The notes under the pieces are model-generated. The model was not told where the DNA came from. It searched no databases and saw only the letters and a list, made by a program, of their open reading frames with translations. A stretch of DNA of 63,995 nucleotides, filler included, from Folioceros fuciformis (taxonomy: Eukaryota): assembly GCA_049999805.1 (NCBI GenBank). It is 5 parts of 5 records of this genome, joined end to end, with 100 filler letters (N's around TTAATTAATTAA, not from the genome) between each part and the next. Parts side by side here need not be neighbours in the genome. Positions count along the whole stretch, not along the records: positions 20,961 to 38,716 come from JBNGIO010004585.1; 4 more parts are not named here. One strand, written 5' to 3'. Of this stretch, positions 25,384-38,600 are shown piece after piece; position 1 is the stretch's first letter; each line of letters begins with the position of its first letter. A program made the translations under genes and the position numbers.

Positions 25384-27948
25384 CTAAAAATCAAAAGCAA
25401 CCCGCTTGTCCAGTTTCCCAAACTCTCTGTAGAATGCTGCAATATGAGAGTATGCGTGCCCTACGTCACCGACCCCACACATTTCTCGTATGCTATGCAT
25501 CGACAGTTGTGGTATCCCGATGTCCACAGTTCTGACTCCAACGCCACTGGCTAAGATTGGCCCAATGGTTGAGCCGCAAGGCATATCGTTGCGGACAACA
25601 AAATCCTGGAGCGAATCGTCGAAGTTTCAGGTACAATCCCAAAGATAAAAGACGGAGCAAAGAATTGCGGGTAATGCCGGTTCTTACTTGAGTTGGTATC
25701 CCATGCCTTTTAGCAATTTCTCGGAATAGGAAGGCAGTGACAGCATTGGTGGCATATCGTTGGTTTGCGTTGTGTTTGATGACCAGTCCCTTGTGCATCT
25801 TCGGTTGATGGTTATCCTCATGCTTGTCCTGCGAGTGTGGCACGCGTAACGTCTCTTGTGTATCATACTATGAGCTTTCCATCACGCAAAAAGGACTGTA
25901 GCTCTGGTTACCTGGTAATTTGGATGTAGGCAATGTGCCATATCTGCTGAGACCACGAAGCTCCTCTGAATTGCTTGCTCAATCAAACCCTGCACATGTC
26001 GAGAGCCTTCATGGGCTACACAGAAGATCGGTGGGAGGAACAGAGGTTGTCACTGAAGCAAGCTTACTTGTTGAAAATAATGGCTCTTATCCAAGAACGA
26101 GGACGTTATCCGTTTCAAGGCATCAAACATCACTGGTGATCCTGCACCCTGTGCCGAATCTGATCCCACCTCCTCATGGTCAAAAAGTGCAACCATTCTC
26201 ACTCCCTCCTCCTCCTCCAGGTCCGCGTTGCTGGTGGAATCTATGAAAGCCTGGAAGTGTGAAACAGAAGCCCCTGCCTAAGCTTCCAGGAAAATGTCGA
26301 GTCTCATTTCCAATACAGGACCAGAATCCAGTGAGCAGGGTGGTTACCTTCAGCGCGCAAAATGACATGCAGAGGTTGTCCAACCGGCCAGAAAAAATGA
26401 ACTCTTTCAATGCACCACCCAACGCACTTGGTTGTGTGTCACAAACTTGCAGCTCAAAATCAGCAATCTCCTCTGCTTCACACCCAATTTCAGAGGCAAG
26501 AAGCTGCATGTGGAAAATCGTACAGCAGAGTAAGTGCAAACCACAGTGGGGAAATCCATGGAAGCAATTCTGAAGTACATGCTCAAAAATCTTNNNNNNN
26601 NNNNNNNNNNNNNNNNNNNNNNNNNNNNNNNNNNNNNNNNNNNNNNNNNNNNNNNNNNNNNNNNNNNNNNNNNNNNNNNNNNNNNNNNNNNNNCTTGCAT
26701 ATTTTGCCATCAGAAGTTTCGCTGGGTTCACCTGGCTTGGTTGCAGGCTTGTTGACTTCGGCCTGAGCACAAGTTTGCGTTTAGAGCCTGCACTCAAAAC
26801 AGGGAAGAGAGGCTGACCACAACAATGCAGCAAGTTCTGGTGTACCTTGATGGCTGTAGCCAACACAGGATCGAAATGGAGTTGTGTGTTGACCTTGAAC
26901 CCATCATTCACATTTCTGTGCCTCAAAAGAAAGAGCTTCAGAAATTCTTGGAGGAGATGAGTGAGCTTGGTTAAATGCTGACAGGCTGGTCAGGTGCAGT
27001 ACCTGTCCAGATGTATTGCCAACGTGGGAATTCGAAGAATTGGTTCCCTCAGGTTGACGAGCTCATGAGAGTACGTTACCTCCTCCAAGGCAGGTGGGTC
27101 GCCAGCACCCTTCTTAACTCGTTTTACCACTGCCCTTCCTGCAATTGTCAGATCTCGGTCGAACCAGGTATGCCACAGGCCCCCTCCATATGTTTGCACT
27201 CCCACTTCCAGGAAACCCCCTTTACTGACCTTCAACAACAACACAAACACACAATAGTTTTGCTTGTAAGCTGCTCTACCACAGCACGCGTAGACATCTA
27301 CTTGCTTCGGTAAAGACCTGTACGAGATATGGTCCCCATACCTTAGTTTTGGGCTTCAGCTTTGGGCATGGACTATCCGTATGCGCACCTACGATGTAGT
27401 AGCCGTTGCCATCTTTATACCTACATCAGGGGCAGCACGTAGCTCAGAATGAAACTGCAGACCTGCTGTCCCTGATTCCCCGTGCAGGACTAAACCAAGC
27501 TGAACACGAAAGTCAGGCACCTTACTTATGTCCAATAGCAAATGCAGCGATTGTGGAAAAATTGCGAGTGAAGTAACACTTATCCCCTGTCTTGCAATTC
27601 CACGGTTCTCTCTCTGAGAGCCGGCTAAACCCTGCAGCTTCGAGCCGAGATGCGGCTTCTCCTACAACCCACGCATGAAACACAAGCAAGCCTGTCAAAA
27701 CCTCGAACGAGCTTCACAGACAAGCCAAGAACAAATCATGTCCGACGCAAAAGGACAGTTTGCTGACTCAGGACTCTTCAGATCACGAGTTCTCCATTCT
27801 GAACACAAACAGAACACGCAGAAAATACACTAGCTGGCAGAACAGACGTGGGCCAGTAAATTGAGAACAACTCACGAACAGCATGAAACGGTGTTGGAGA
27901 AGCATTCAGGAAATCCAGCAGCTCCTGCACGACTTGAGACTCCGCCAT
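25384..27948 (-). CDS. Aspartyl aminopeptidase (peptidase M18)
   Basis: [90 protein letters not shown]. Confidence 0.95.
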
Positions 27949-28906
27949 TGCATCCAGATGTTTCTCAGATCTTTGAGCAAACTTAACCCAACCCTAACCC
28001 TACACAAGTTAAATGGAGTGGCAGCTGATGGGACTGAAGGGAGCCAGGGGATGTGATTAGGACGGCGATAAGTAGAGTCTTGGAGTCGGTTCCTAGTCCG
28101 ACGATCAAAGATACAACTGACACTTTCTTCGGTCTGCAGCATTTTTATTTGGGTTTAGGAACGTGGCAATCCTCCTTAAAATTCTCTCATTTCCCACACC
28201 CCATTTGACGGCTGTTTTGTCAAATGTCCTCGGCGAGACCTTTCATCCTTATCGGACCCTGATGAGTTGATTCTGAGCCCAACTCTTTCTGCGCTACAGG
28301 GTGGAAAATTTCGGCGTGGGCTGAGCTCCGGACTCGTGAAGTTGAAGTTTTGCCCCAATTGCCGTCTAGAACCTCCGAAGGAACATTGCCAAAGTGTCCC
28401 TATGGAATTTCCACGAACTCCTGGGAGCCTGATGTGTGCTTAAGCCTGGTCCGTGAGCCTGTACTGCAGTGAATATGAGAAGTGGAGGCCGTGGCCATAA
28501 CAAAACAGAGCTCGTATCGATGGTGCTTGGCAACAGAGAGGAAGGGGCAGGTGAAAGTTCGAAAACCATTGCCTTTGTCCTGTGGACGAAACACATAACT
28601 GGAGCTTAGTTATTTGTGCAATATCTCAGAACCTTGTATAGCAGCGAAGACACGATTGAGGAAGGTTCATCGGTTCTTTCGTGGAACTTCTGAACGCTCG
28701 TCGGCGCCGGTACTCCTCATATAAACTGGTAGCATCCCGCCGGAATTGGACGTGGATCTGAGTACCCCTCATACATACTGGTGGCAGCCTGCAGGAATTG
28801 GACGCATTCTACCGAGGATCTGAGTTTCACAGTGATTTTGCGAACGGGTCAATTGATCTTGCGTCACATTTGCGAGGAATCGAATACTCAGCTTGGCTGA
28901 TTCGTG

Positions 28907-30187
28907 ATGGGGCTAGACAAGGTACTGGTGCTCGGAGCTACTGGGTACATCGGCAAGCACATTGCCAAGGCCAGCGCTGGACTGGGCCACCCAACTTTCG
29001 CTCTCGTTCGGCCAGCTTCTGCGACCGATTCTGCCAAGGCTGAGGTGGTGAAGTCGCTGCAAGCAGCTGGTGTGACGGTTCTGCACGTATGTGCTAGTCA
29101 CTGTCGGTCTCACAGCAATTGAGTGGCTGCAGAGGTGGATTTGTGTCTCAGTCTAGGTGCTGAGTGTGGCGCAGGGGGATTTGGAGGACCACGAGAGCCT
29201 GATCGACGCTTTGAAGAAGGTTGATGTCGTCATCTCCGCTGTAGGAATAGCTCAACTTGGGGAGGGCCAGCTTAAGCTGGTTGAGGCAATCAAGCAGGTT
29301 GGGCACATCAAGGTAAGCCTGCACATGTGACGCAAGTTGTTCCGTGCAACATAGGGTTCAAGCTTCCAGATTTAGTGAACGCCTGTCCGTGCGTCCTCGC
29401 AGAGATTCCTTCCATCGGAGTTTGGTACGGAGTTGACCAGAGCCTTTTATCCAGGAAGTCTACCTATCTTGCATTCTGCTATTCAGCACAAGCTCCGCAT
29501 ACGGGAGGCTGTGAAGGAGGCAGGAATTCCCCACACGTTCGTTGTCAGCAACTCATTCGCCGGGTGGTATGTAGCAAACTTGGGACAGTCTACTGTCGGA
29601 GCACCACCCACGGACAAGGCCTTCGTAGTGGGACATGCTAAAGGTGTGATGTCATCCTCGCAAGCGCTTGCAAACAATTCTGAGTGATTTCCACTCTGTT
29701 TCAGAACTGACACTGGCTGTTTTGCAGCGTACCATGTGGAAGAAGATGATATTGGGGTATACACTGTGAAGGCTGCTGTTGACCCCAGAGCTGAGAACAA
29801 GGTACTCTATCTGAGACCTGCAAAGAACCTCCTCTCTCACGGAGAACTGGTGGAGCTGTGGGAGACGAAATCCGGACACAAGCTTGAAAAGATCCAACTG
29901 GAGAAGGACGATGTGTTGAAGAAAATCGAAGGTGAGCTTGTCCAGCTGAACTGCAGACTGTTCGAAATGACTTGGCTTTTGTTGTCACAGGGCTGAAACC
30001 AAAATACTGTCATGCTGCAGATGCACAAGATTTAGGAACAAAGATCAGATTCACTCTACACTACGCAAATTTCATCAGCGGGGACCAAAGCAACTTTGAC
30101 GTTCCCCTTGATGCTGTGGAGGCAACGGATCTATTTCCGGAGATTCCCTACACAACCATAGACAAGTATCTTGAGCGGTTCCTGTAG
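28907..30187 (+). CDS. Isoflavone reductase-like / PCBER-PLR (NmrA-like) NADPH reductase
   Basis: VLVLGATGYIGKHI, GHPTFALVR, VDVVISAVG, RFLPSEFG, EDDIGVYTVKAAVDPRAENKVLYLRP, EATDLFPEIPYTTIDKYLERFL*. Confidence 0.93.
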
Positions 30188-30609
30188 AGCTCAGCAAAGC
30201 CTGATTTACTGGACTTTTTACACATTTTGTAGTAATTCATTGGACTTTTTGCATATTGCAATAGAAAAAATATTTTCACTTTGTATGTCTGTACTAAACG
30301 GCACGGTGTTTCCTCCGGGTTAGTTTATAATTGAAGGGCGTAACAAAGTTCATTTGAGGATTCGAACAATAGAGGGAAGCCAAAGCGATCCTCTTAGTAG
30401 GAGAAACTAATCTTTTTTTCTAAGGGTATTTATTACTTTTAAAATATAAATATGAGGAACAAAGTGCATGCAACCCACATAGAAAAAGGAAGTAGCGACT
30501 AAGCTCTTTATCTAAGGAAACTACTTATTTTTTCTAACCTATTAGTATATCCTTTTTCCCTAGAGAGGGTTCCCATAGCTCTCTATAGAGAGTTTCCATT
30601 GCTCTACAC

Positions 30610-31095
30610 TGAGCGTTAGCTAATATCATATACAAGGAAGACAACATTGGTGCGAGCAGCGAGCGTTAGCTAATGCCATATACAAGGACAACGACAACAT
30701 TGGTGCGAGCAACGGGCATTAGCTAATGCCATATACAAGGGCCGTCGTGTTAGCTAATGCCATATACAAGGACAACGACAACATTGGTGCGAGCAGCGGG
30801 CATTAGCTAATGCCATATACAAGGACAACGACAACATTGGTGCGNNNNNNNNNNGGGCATTAGCTAATGCCATATACAAGGACAACGACAACATTGGTGC
30901 GAGCAGCAGGCATTAGCTAATGCCATATACAAGGACAACAACAACATTGGTGCGAGCAGCGGGCATTAGCTAATGCCATATACAAGGACAACGACAACAT
31001 TGGTGCAAGCAGCGGGCATTAGCTAATGCCATATACAAGGACAACGACAACATTGGTGCGAGCAACGGGCATTAGCTAATGCCATATACAAGGGC
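30610..31095. repeat. 53-bp minisatellite containing the 16-bp palindrome GGCATTAGCTAATGCC
   Basis: About 9 tandem units (e.g. 30911 and 30964). Diverged units recur at ~35670-35805. Confidence 0.92.
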
Positions 31096-31309
31096 TGTCG
31101 TGCTAAATAGCATAAGTCATAAGCGCAAGGTCTCACCACATACGCTAACCATACACTGATACGCTAATATGCTGGTTAGGCCACTAGTTGGAGCATAGGC
31201 AAGATTGTCTTGTCTATGGACAAGGAAAAAGAGCTCACTCCTTATCCCATGAGGTGCAGCACGAGGACTTCCCGGGAGCTCACCCATCCTAGTACTCATC
31301 TGGCCCAAG

Positions 31310-31545
31310 GGCGCTGAACTTGGATGATCCAGCAGCATGGGCCAAGGCTATTGGTGAATGTGCAGCATTATTTAGACAGGTAATGCCGATGGCCATTGCC
31401 GACCTCAAGATAGCTCAGCATTGGAACACCTTGCAATATGCGCAATCCAAGAGTGGGAGCTTTCATCTTAAGGTCAGGAAGTTTTAGCTAGGAGACTATG
31501 TCTATGTACAGTGGCAAACGCAAGACACCTTGGAACCGAGCACTT
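31310..31545 (+). mobile_element. Ty3/gypsy integrase C-terminal fragment
   Basis: AALFRQVMPMAIADLKIAQHWNTLQYAQSKSGSFHLKVRKF*LGDYVYV resembles the green-plant gypsy IN tail (AQxRDTLRY...FxxGDYVY). Confidence 0.6.
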
Positions 31546-31560
31546 GTTTAGTACGACAGC

Positions 31561-34500
31561 TGTCAGGCTATGCTGATTAATTAGGCTAGATAATCATGTA
31601 GGCTACATAATTTGGCTGGCTATTAAATAACCAAAAAATCAATAAATATGGAAAGTGTGGGCATAGTTAGGGCAAGCCTGTGAGCGAGGCGTGACTGGGC
31701 CAAATGGGCGAGCGATGATTGAACATGGGTGACGAAGAGCGCGGGGCATCATGTTGTGAGATAGCTGTGAGATTGAGATCGTGGGTGGCATGGCACCAAC
31801 GGCGTGGAGCGAGAAAGACACATATGAATATTGAGCTGTTAGGCATGGCTGAGTAGTTGCTAGAAGCTGTCGGGAAGCCTACCATGGAAGTGTGGAGCTA
31901 AACGCTTTTGAATGTTGCTCACAAAATGTTGTGGCCTGATGTTGAACTTTCTCAATTGAGGACGACATGTTTTTGAACGTGTTGCTGCGATTGTGAGTGT
32001 GCGTGTCTACTAGGGTGTGTGTTTGAGCATGACGATGTGGATGGCTCGCTGGTAGGGTAGCATGGAACTTACTCCACCTCATTACAATCGCATCTACCAG
32101 GGGCATGGTCTATGGATCTATGGAGCACACGATGCTAAGTAGATTTGTTTTCAAGAGATTGCGAGTTGGAAGGTGTTGTGGCGGTCGTCACATTATATTC
32201 TTGGTAGGGTGTTTGTAAAGCTGAAAATGACTATAGAAAGCACAAGCCGAGTCTCCCAGCATGGCGCTACTGCGATCTCACTGTGACGCTTTCTTTATTT
32301 AGAATTGTTAGATGTGCGTGATAGAACGCTAGGGCGTTTCCTCACAAGACGTTGTGTTGGTTCTCATTTACTTCTAGCAACTACTCCTTGTGGGACTTGA
32401 GTGCGACTGAGCTTGGAGGAGGAGGAGGTGGCCACACACCTACATCAAGGCAGCATCACCCCCGACCTGCCAGCTGCAGAAGCATTGCAGCTACAACAAC
32501 GTTGACCTAACAATTGTGTAGGGCTACCAACCTTCTATGGATCATAGCACCCGCGTTACACTAAACTGCTTGCCTTGATAAGGCAAGTCTATTGGTATGA
32601 TTTTTATTTGATTTGGAGTTGTATTCAAGGACTAATTGCATTTGGAAGTTTAGAAGCAAGGTTTTGCTCTCGCTACATTTGGTCACACTAGGAGCTGCAA
32701 TCTGGGTGCGTCTTCAAGCTTTGCCATTTGCATTCCGAGCATGTGCTAGAGTTACATTGAAGTCTCAGAGTGTAGCTAGGCTAGGCTAGATTAGAAGGGA
32801 GCATAGACTCCTTGTGTGCAGGCTTGGCAAAACCTACATGCTGACTTTGAGGACTCATGTGTCACTATGATGAAGAAGTGGTGTGAGTCTCTACCATTTT
32901 CCTAAAAGTAGATTTCTTCCTAGTTTCACATGTCTTTGTATGGGGCTTGCCATCGGATGGAAGTGATGAGGAGCTAACATACTTTTTGAGCAGCAGGATT
33001 ATTCCTTGACAGCCTCGGATTCCCAAGAGCAGAGTGTGATGATAGCAGCCTACTACGCCTAACATCTCCGTAAAAGAATCAAGGGAGGTGACTGACTCCG
33101 TGACTGCTCAAAACCAAGGTGCCTCGAACTCAAGTGGAGTTGGGGAAGAGCTCGGCACTGCTGAAGCTGTGGGAGTGGGTTGGTCACCCTTGACAACCAT
33201 TGTCGAAACTATGGGCGGGGCCACAAACTTCAAAGAGGATGGTTCAAAGGAGTCTGATACCATGAAGGGAGGTGGAACAATTGTCCACAAATCTGAGAAG
33301 TTCTTGGGTAGGCCAGGAACGCAGACTCTTAGGGATTTCAAACTCTTTTATGGTTTCTTAACTAGTTATGTTAAGTTTAAGCACGATCATGCTTAAACTT
33401 ATCGGTACATGTTTAAGCAATTGCCGGGTTATTTGGCTGATGAAGCTTTGGACTTGTATGAGATACGTACACCAGAGATGCTTGCAGTGGAGCAAAGGCC
33501 TAACCCAACTTACATAGCAGTTCTACAGGTGGTTTACAATGCCTTGCTGGCTGCAACTGTGTCTAATCATCAGGCAGCTATAGCAGTAGGTACAGTGTCA
33601 GCCACAATGGCACAACCAGCAGTAGTAAACATGACACCTGAAGAGATGGCGACCACTATAGCTGGGATTCTGAATATGCTAGATGTTCCTAAGCATGAAA
33701 ATCCAATGGAGGACTTCTTTGCAATTCTGGACAAGACATTCCCTACAAAGACATCAGGTAAGATTGCCGAGCTTGTAGCCTTTGCACGCAAGAAAGGCAA
33801 GACTAGATGGCAAGAAACGCAAGACCAGATGGCTTTCAGTACCTACAGAGGTTAAGGGATGCCACGAGTATGTTCACTGATCAAGAGGTAGCAAAAAAAT
33901 TCTTGGCTACCTAGGAAACTGATCCCATGTTTCACTACCAGCTTTTTACAACATTGGTTGACAAGTATGGGGATAATTACACGCTAGATCAGGTTTACCT
34001 AGAAGTAGAAAAGAAGGAATTAGCCTTCTCAACGTATGCCTCCAAGCATACCAAGGCCTTTGCGCACTACCAGCACATGTTCTCAGGAAAGGGCAATGTA
34101 GCAACAACACAGGGGGCTGCCACCAAGGGTAAGGACACCAAGCCAGTCAAGGCTAGGGTAGCAGCCATCGTGACTACACTTTGCAACAAGTGTCGTAGTG
34201 TTGAACAACTCTTACCTACGTGCAAGATGGAGTTTGATTCCTTGCATTGCATCCATTGCCAGAAGCAAGGCTATGTGGAAGTAGTTTGCTTTCAAAAGCA
34301 CCCAGAGTGCCAACCTAGGAAAATAGGGGCAGGATCTAGTGCTACAACAATTGCTAGAACTGGAGCTTCTAGGGGAGCCTCAGCGGGAGCATCCGTAGGA
34401 GGGGATGCCATCAGCAAGAGCAAGGCAAAGCTTGACAAGGTCAAATAGAAGGCTGCTGTTCAAGCAGACAAAATGACTGCCTTGGAAACAGCCATGGCTG

Positions 34501-35668
34501 CTCTAACCACCCATGTCAGCACTTTGGCAGCAAGTTTGAATGCTGCTAAGCTTGCTAGTGCAACTTGTGGCTATTGGGGCACTGGATGATCTTGGTGAGG
34601 ATTATGACCCAGTCATGGAGGCGTGTGCCACGCACAAGGAGGAATCAACTAGAGTTGAGCCAAATCATAGCGAAAATCAAGAGTAGGCTAACATGTCTAG
34701 TGATGATGGAAAGCTACCAAGAACTTGGTTGGGCCATATATTGGACACAATTGTTGTCACCATACGATAGTAAGGAGCTTGGGCTACAATGCCAAGATCT
34801 TTCCAACAACTCCCACTAGGGTCTAGCATACCAGTGAGTGGGAGCTTTCGTAAAAAATGACAACCAACACAACGCCTTGTGAGGAAACGCCCCAACATTC
34901 TATCACGCACATCAATAAGTTCTAAACAAAGAAAGCGTCAAAGTGAGCTCATAGCAATGCCATGTTGGGCAACTCGGCTCGTGCTTCCTATAGTCGTTTT
35001 CGGCTTGACAACCACCCCACCATGAATGCACTGTGACGATTGCCACGAGACCTTCCACCTTGCAATCTCTTGAGAGCAAATCTACTCAGCATCGCGTGCC
35101 TCGGAGATCCATAGACCGTGCCCCTGGCAGACATAGTTGTAATGAGTTGGAGTAAGTTCCCTCCTACCCTACAAGCGAGGCATCCACACCATCACGCTAA
35201 AACATGCACCCTGGTAGACACACATACTCACAATCACAGCAACACGTTCATAAACATGTCATCCTCAATAAAGAAAGTTCAGCAGCAGGCCACGACATTT
35301 TGCGAGCAACATTCAACAATGTTCAGCTCTGCACTTCCAGAGAGCCTCCCGAGAGCTTCTAGCAACTACTAAGCCATGCCCAACAGCTCAATACTCATCT
35401 ATGTCTTTCTCGCTCCAGGCCGTTGCACACATTCTTGCTCCACGCCGTCGATGCCATGCCACCCATGATCTCAATCTCGCAGCCATCTCACAACATGATG
35501 CCCCGCTCTCCTTGTCACCCACGTTCAATAATCGCTTGCCTGTTTGGCCCGTCATGCCTTGCTCACGGATTTGCCCTAACTATGCCCTCACTTTCTACGT
35601 TTGCTGATTTTCTAGTTATTTATTAAGTAGCCCAATTATCTAGCACAATTAATCAGCATAGCCTGACA
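31561..35668 (+). mobile_element. Gag-bearing retroelement remnant bounded by ~810-bp inverted repeats (31561-~32368 / ~34855-35668)
   Basis: TGTCAGGCTATGCTGATTAATT at 31561 is the reverse complement of 35647-35668, and similarity continues to gggcgtttcctcacaag. The internal decayed gag (33088-34560) has zinc-knuckle-like CNKCRSVEQLLPTC and CIHCQKQGYVEVVC. Confidence 0.75.
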
Positions 35669-38600
35669 AGACGATAACATTGGCTTGAGCAACGAGCGTT
35701 AGCTAATGCCAGGAACAAGGACGACAACATTAGTACGAGTAGGGGGTGTTAGCCAATGCCATATACATGGACAACAACATTGGCGTGAGCGGTGGGTGTT
35801 AGTAACTCTAGTGATGTTGATGTATGTTTTAGGTGCTATTGGTAGTCATTAAGCTTTAGGGTTAGCCCTAGTATCACTATCATGGTTTATCTCGCTCTTT
35901 AGGTGTAGATGGTTTTTAATCTTATTTTTTTAAATAAATAATGAAACAATATGGCTTGGGAGTACCTTCATAGGTTTTCTAAGGGAGGCATCTTGTTTAG
36001 GTTTTTTCCATTTATATGTAGTATTTTTAGTATAAATAATATTTAAAAAGTTTATTTATGAAAGTAAGACGTAATAGAATGTATGGGTTGAAAAGGTCCC
36101 ATTACCATTTAAGGAATTCTCATCTAACCCAATTTTTTAATATAGTAAACATTTGGGAGTACGGTACCAATTAAGGAATTGCTCATTTGACCGAGTTTTT
36201 TAACGTAGTAAATAGTTGGGAGTACGGTCGAAAGTTCCATGGCCGAGTGTATGCGAAACATGTAGGGCCATGGCGTCTCCCCCTTCCCTGTGGGACGTCC
36301 AGGCGCCGCGGCCTGGATGGAAGGAAGTTGCTGTGCATCACTCGCAAGTACCGGCTGCCGTAAAACGGCCTAAACAAGGAGATCTGAAGATTGTTTATGG
36401 GGACAAGATCTCCAGATATGTAGAGATTTGGGCACAGATGTATCAGGTGAGGGCTACTTCTGTTGTTGGCAATGAGCAGATCTGGTGGGTTAAGGTGGTG
36501 ATGTTGAGAAATGCGCTGGTTCCCAGTGCCCATTGTCATGGCACCCGGTTGGGGGTTCTTCGCTGTTGGATGGAGCACGCTGCATGAGTCTGTACCTTGA
36601 GAGAGTCTTGCCTGACATCATCAAAGGCCGAGCTGACCGTGCGACAGGACAAGGGACACGCGCTACAAGGCGATGGTGGGTGCAAATATATTCGTGCATT
36701 GATGCAAACATTGCAGCAGTACAGTTGTGGCAGGCAAAGGAAGAGAGGAAAAGGCGAGCAAGACGCCCCCGACTTGCCTCGGGTGACGGATCCTAAACCG
36801 ACTTAGACGAGGCGAGACGAGAGCATGCGCACCAGTTGTTGTTTGGCCGTTACCAGACCCGCTTGTGATTGCGCTTGTGGCTTGCTTGGCAGCTTCGATC
36901 CTGGGACAGCCGGTCCACATCGGCACCCGCGTCGTCACATGGCAGGCAGCAGGGAGGGACAAGCAGAGCGAGTCGAGTGTGTGCCGACGTGGGTATGGCC
37001 TACTAGTGTTGGAGGAGGGTGCGCCAGGTTTAGACATCTATTGTAGGTTGAAAGATCTGGTAGGGTTTACACAATCCCCGGCCTCGTTTGCGGTAATCTA
37101 CACGTACATCAGCATTGATTGGGAATGCAGCTGCTACGTTTATGGCCACGATCTCTTGTTACAGCTACACAGCTCTGCAGTACGGTCAGTCGCTCTCTCT
37201 CTCGCGTCGGCTGACACACTACAGCCCACTCCGGTTGCGCGTGGCCAGGGTCTGCCTGCTTGGAACGATGGCAAGTTGCAACGGATTGCGGAGGGTTTGG
37301 GTCGTGACAGGTTCTCTCCCGTTCCCATCCTTCCCCCCTTGCTCTTTTCTCCACTCTTGGTTGGGCAACTTGAGGGGGGCTGTGTGCTGTTCCTGTGGGC
37401 ACTATGATATTTTTCGGCATTATGCACGAGCGCTGGAGGGATCCGGAGACACATGGCGGGGCCGGGAATCCTAGTGCTGCCGGCCCCAGCCGCAGTCCAT
37501 GGGGCCGCCTTCTTATGTTGGCGAGGACGGCAGAGACAGGGTCAGTCGGAGTGAAGCACAAGCTGTGCACCTGTCGGCAGCTCCGTACCCGACCTCAGTA
37601 TCCTATTCTTTCTATATCACTTCATGCCCCTCGCAGCGTCCAGTTCCATGCACTGTGCTGTGATGCCCCTCATGAGCATGGCTGTGGGACTCGGAGCATA
37701 CGCGCATAGGCAACGGCTTTGTCCACCGCCACGAGGCCTGCATCATACGTACGTAGCAGGAATTGTGGACTCCTGATCCTGCATGCAAGCGCGGGCTGTC
37801 AGTGAAGACGACCAGTTCCAAAAGGCCTTCACACGTTTCACACGCCACGATTTCTCTCCCTTTCCCCTTTCCATCACCAGCATCGGGAATGGGCATACGG
37901 GCAGGGCACGGCTGCAAGTCCGTAACCATTCATCACGGATCACACGCTGCACAAGCATTCCTTCCACCCTCCACCGACTTCAGCCATGCCCACGGCCCGC
38001 CCATTCCTGTTGCCAGCAGCCTGGAAACGGCACCAACGACTGCAGTCCACGCTCCCAGCTATAGCAGCCTGCATGTGATGACACCCTCGGTACCCGGGAA
38101 CTTCATGCCAGGCCATCCCCCAGTCAAAATAGTGTATGCACAAGGACGGAGCAGAGCGTGAATTTCCAGAAGCTCTGACTGTGCTGCGTCTCTCACTGGG
38201 GTCTGAAACGCAATGGAAGATGAGTGTGGCGTTTTTCAATGGAGGCAATGACGGATTGATTGGAGAAATCTGTGGGGTTGCGAATCGGCTGGGTGTTGTT
38301 GGTGTCGCCATCGCCGTGCATTGCGATGCAAATGCGATGCACTGGTGGTAGTTAGTCAACCCACAATCAGTTGAATTTGCGGGGAGTAAAACGCGGCAGA
38401 TGGCGCGCGTTAGGGACGGTCGGGAAAGAGCAAAGGTGGAGTAGCGAGTGGGTCTCGCTCACACCAGCTGGCGAATGAGTGAGCTGGCCATCCCAGCTTT
38501 CTGCCGTGGAATCACGACCGCACAGGGAACCAGGCGGCACCCGGTGAGAAATCCCGGCGCCCGACGGGTCCACCTCGGGCACCGGGTTCGCATCTGGGGC

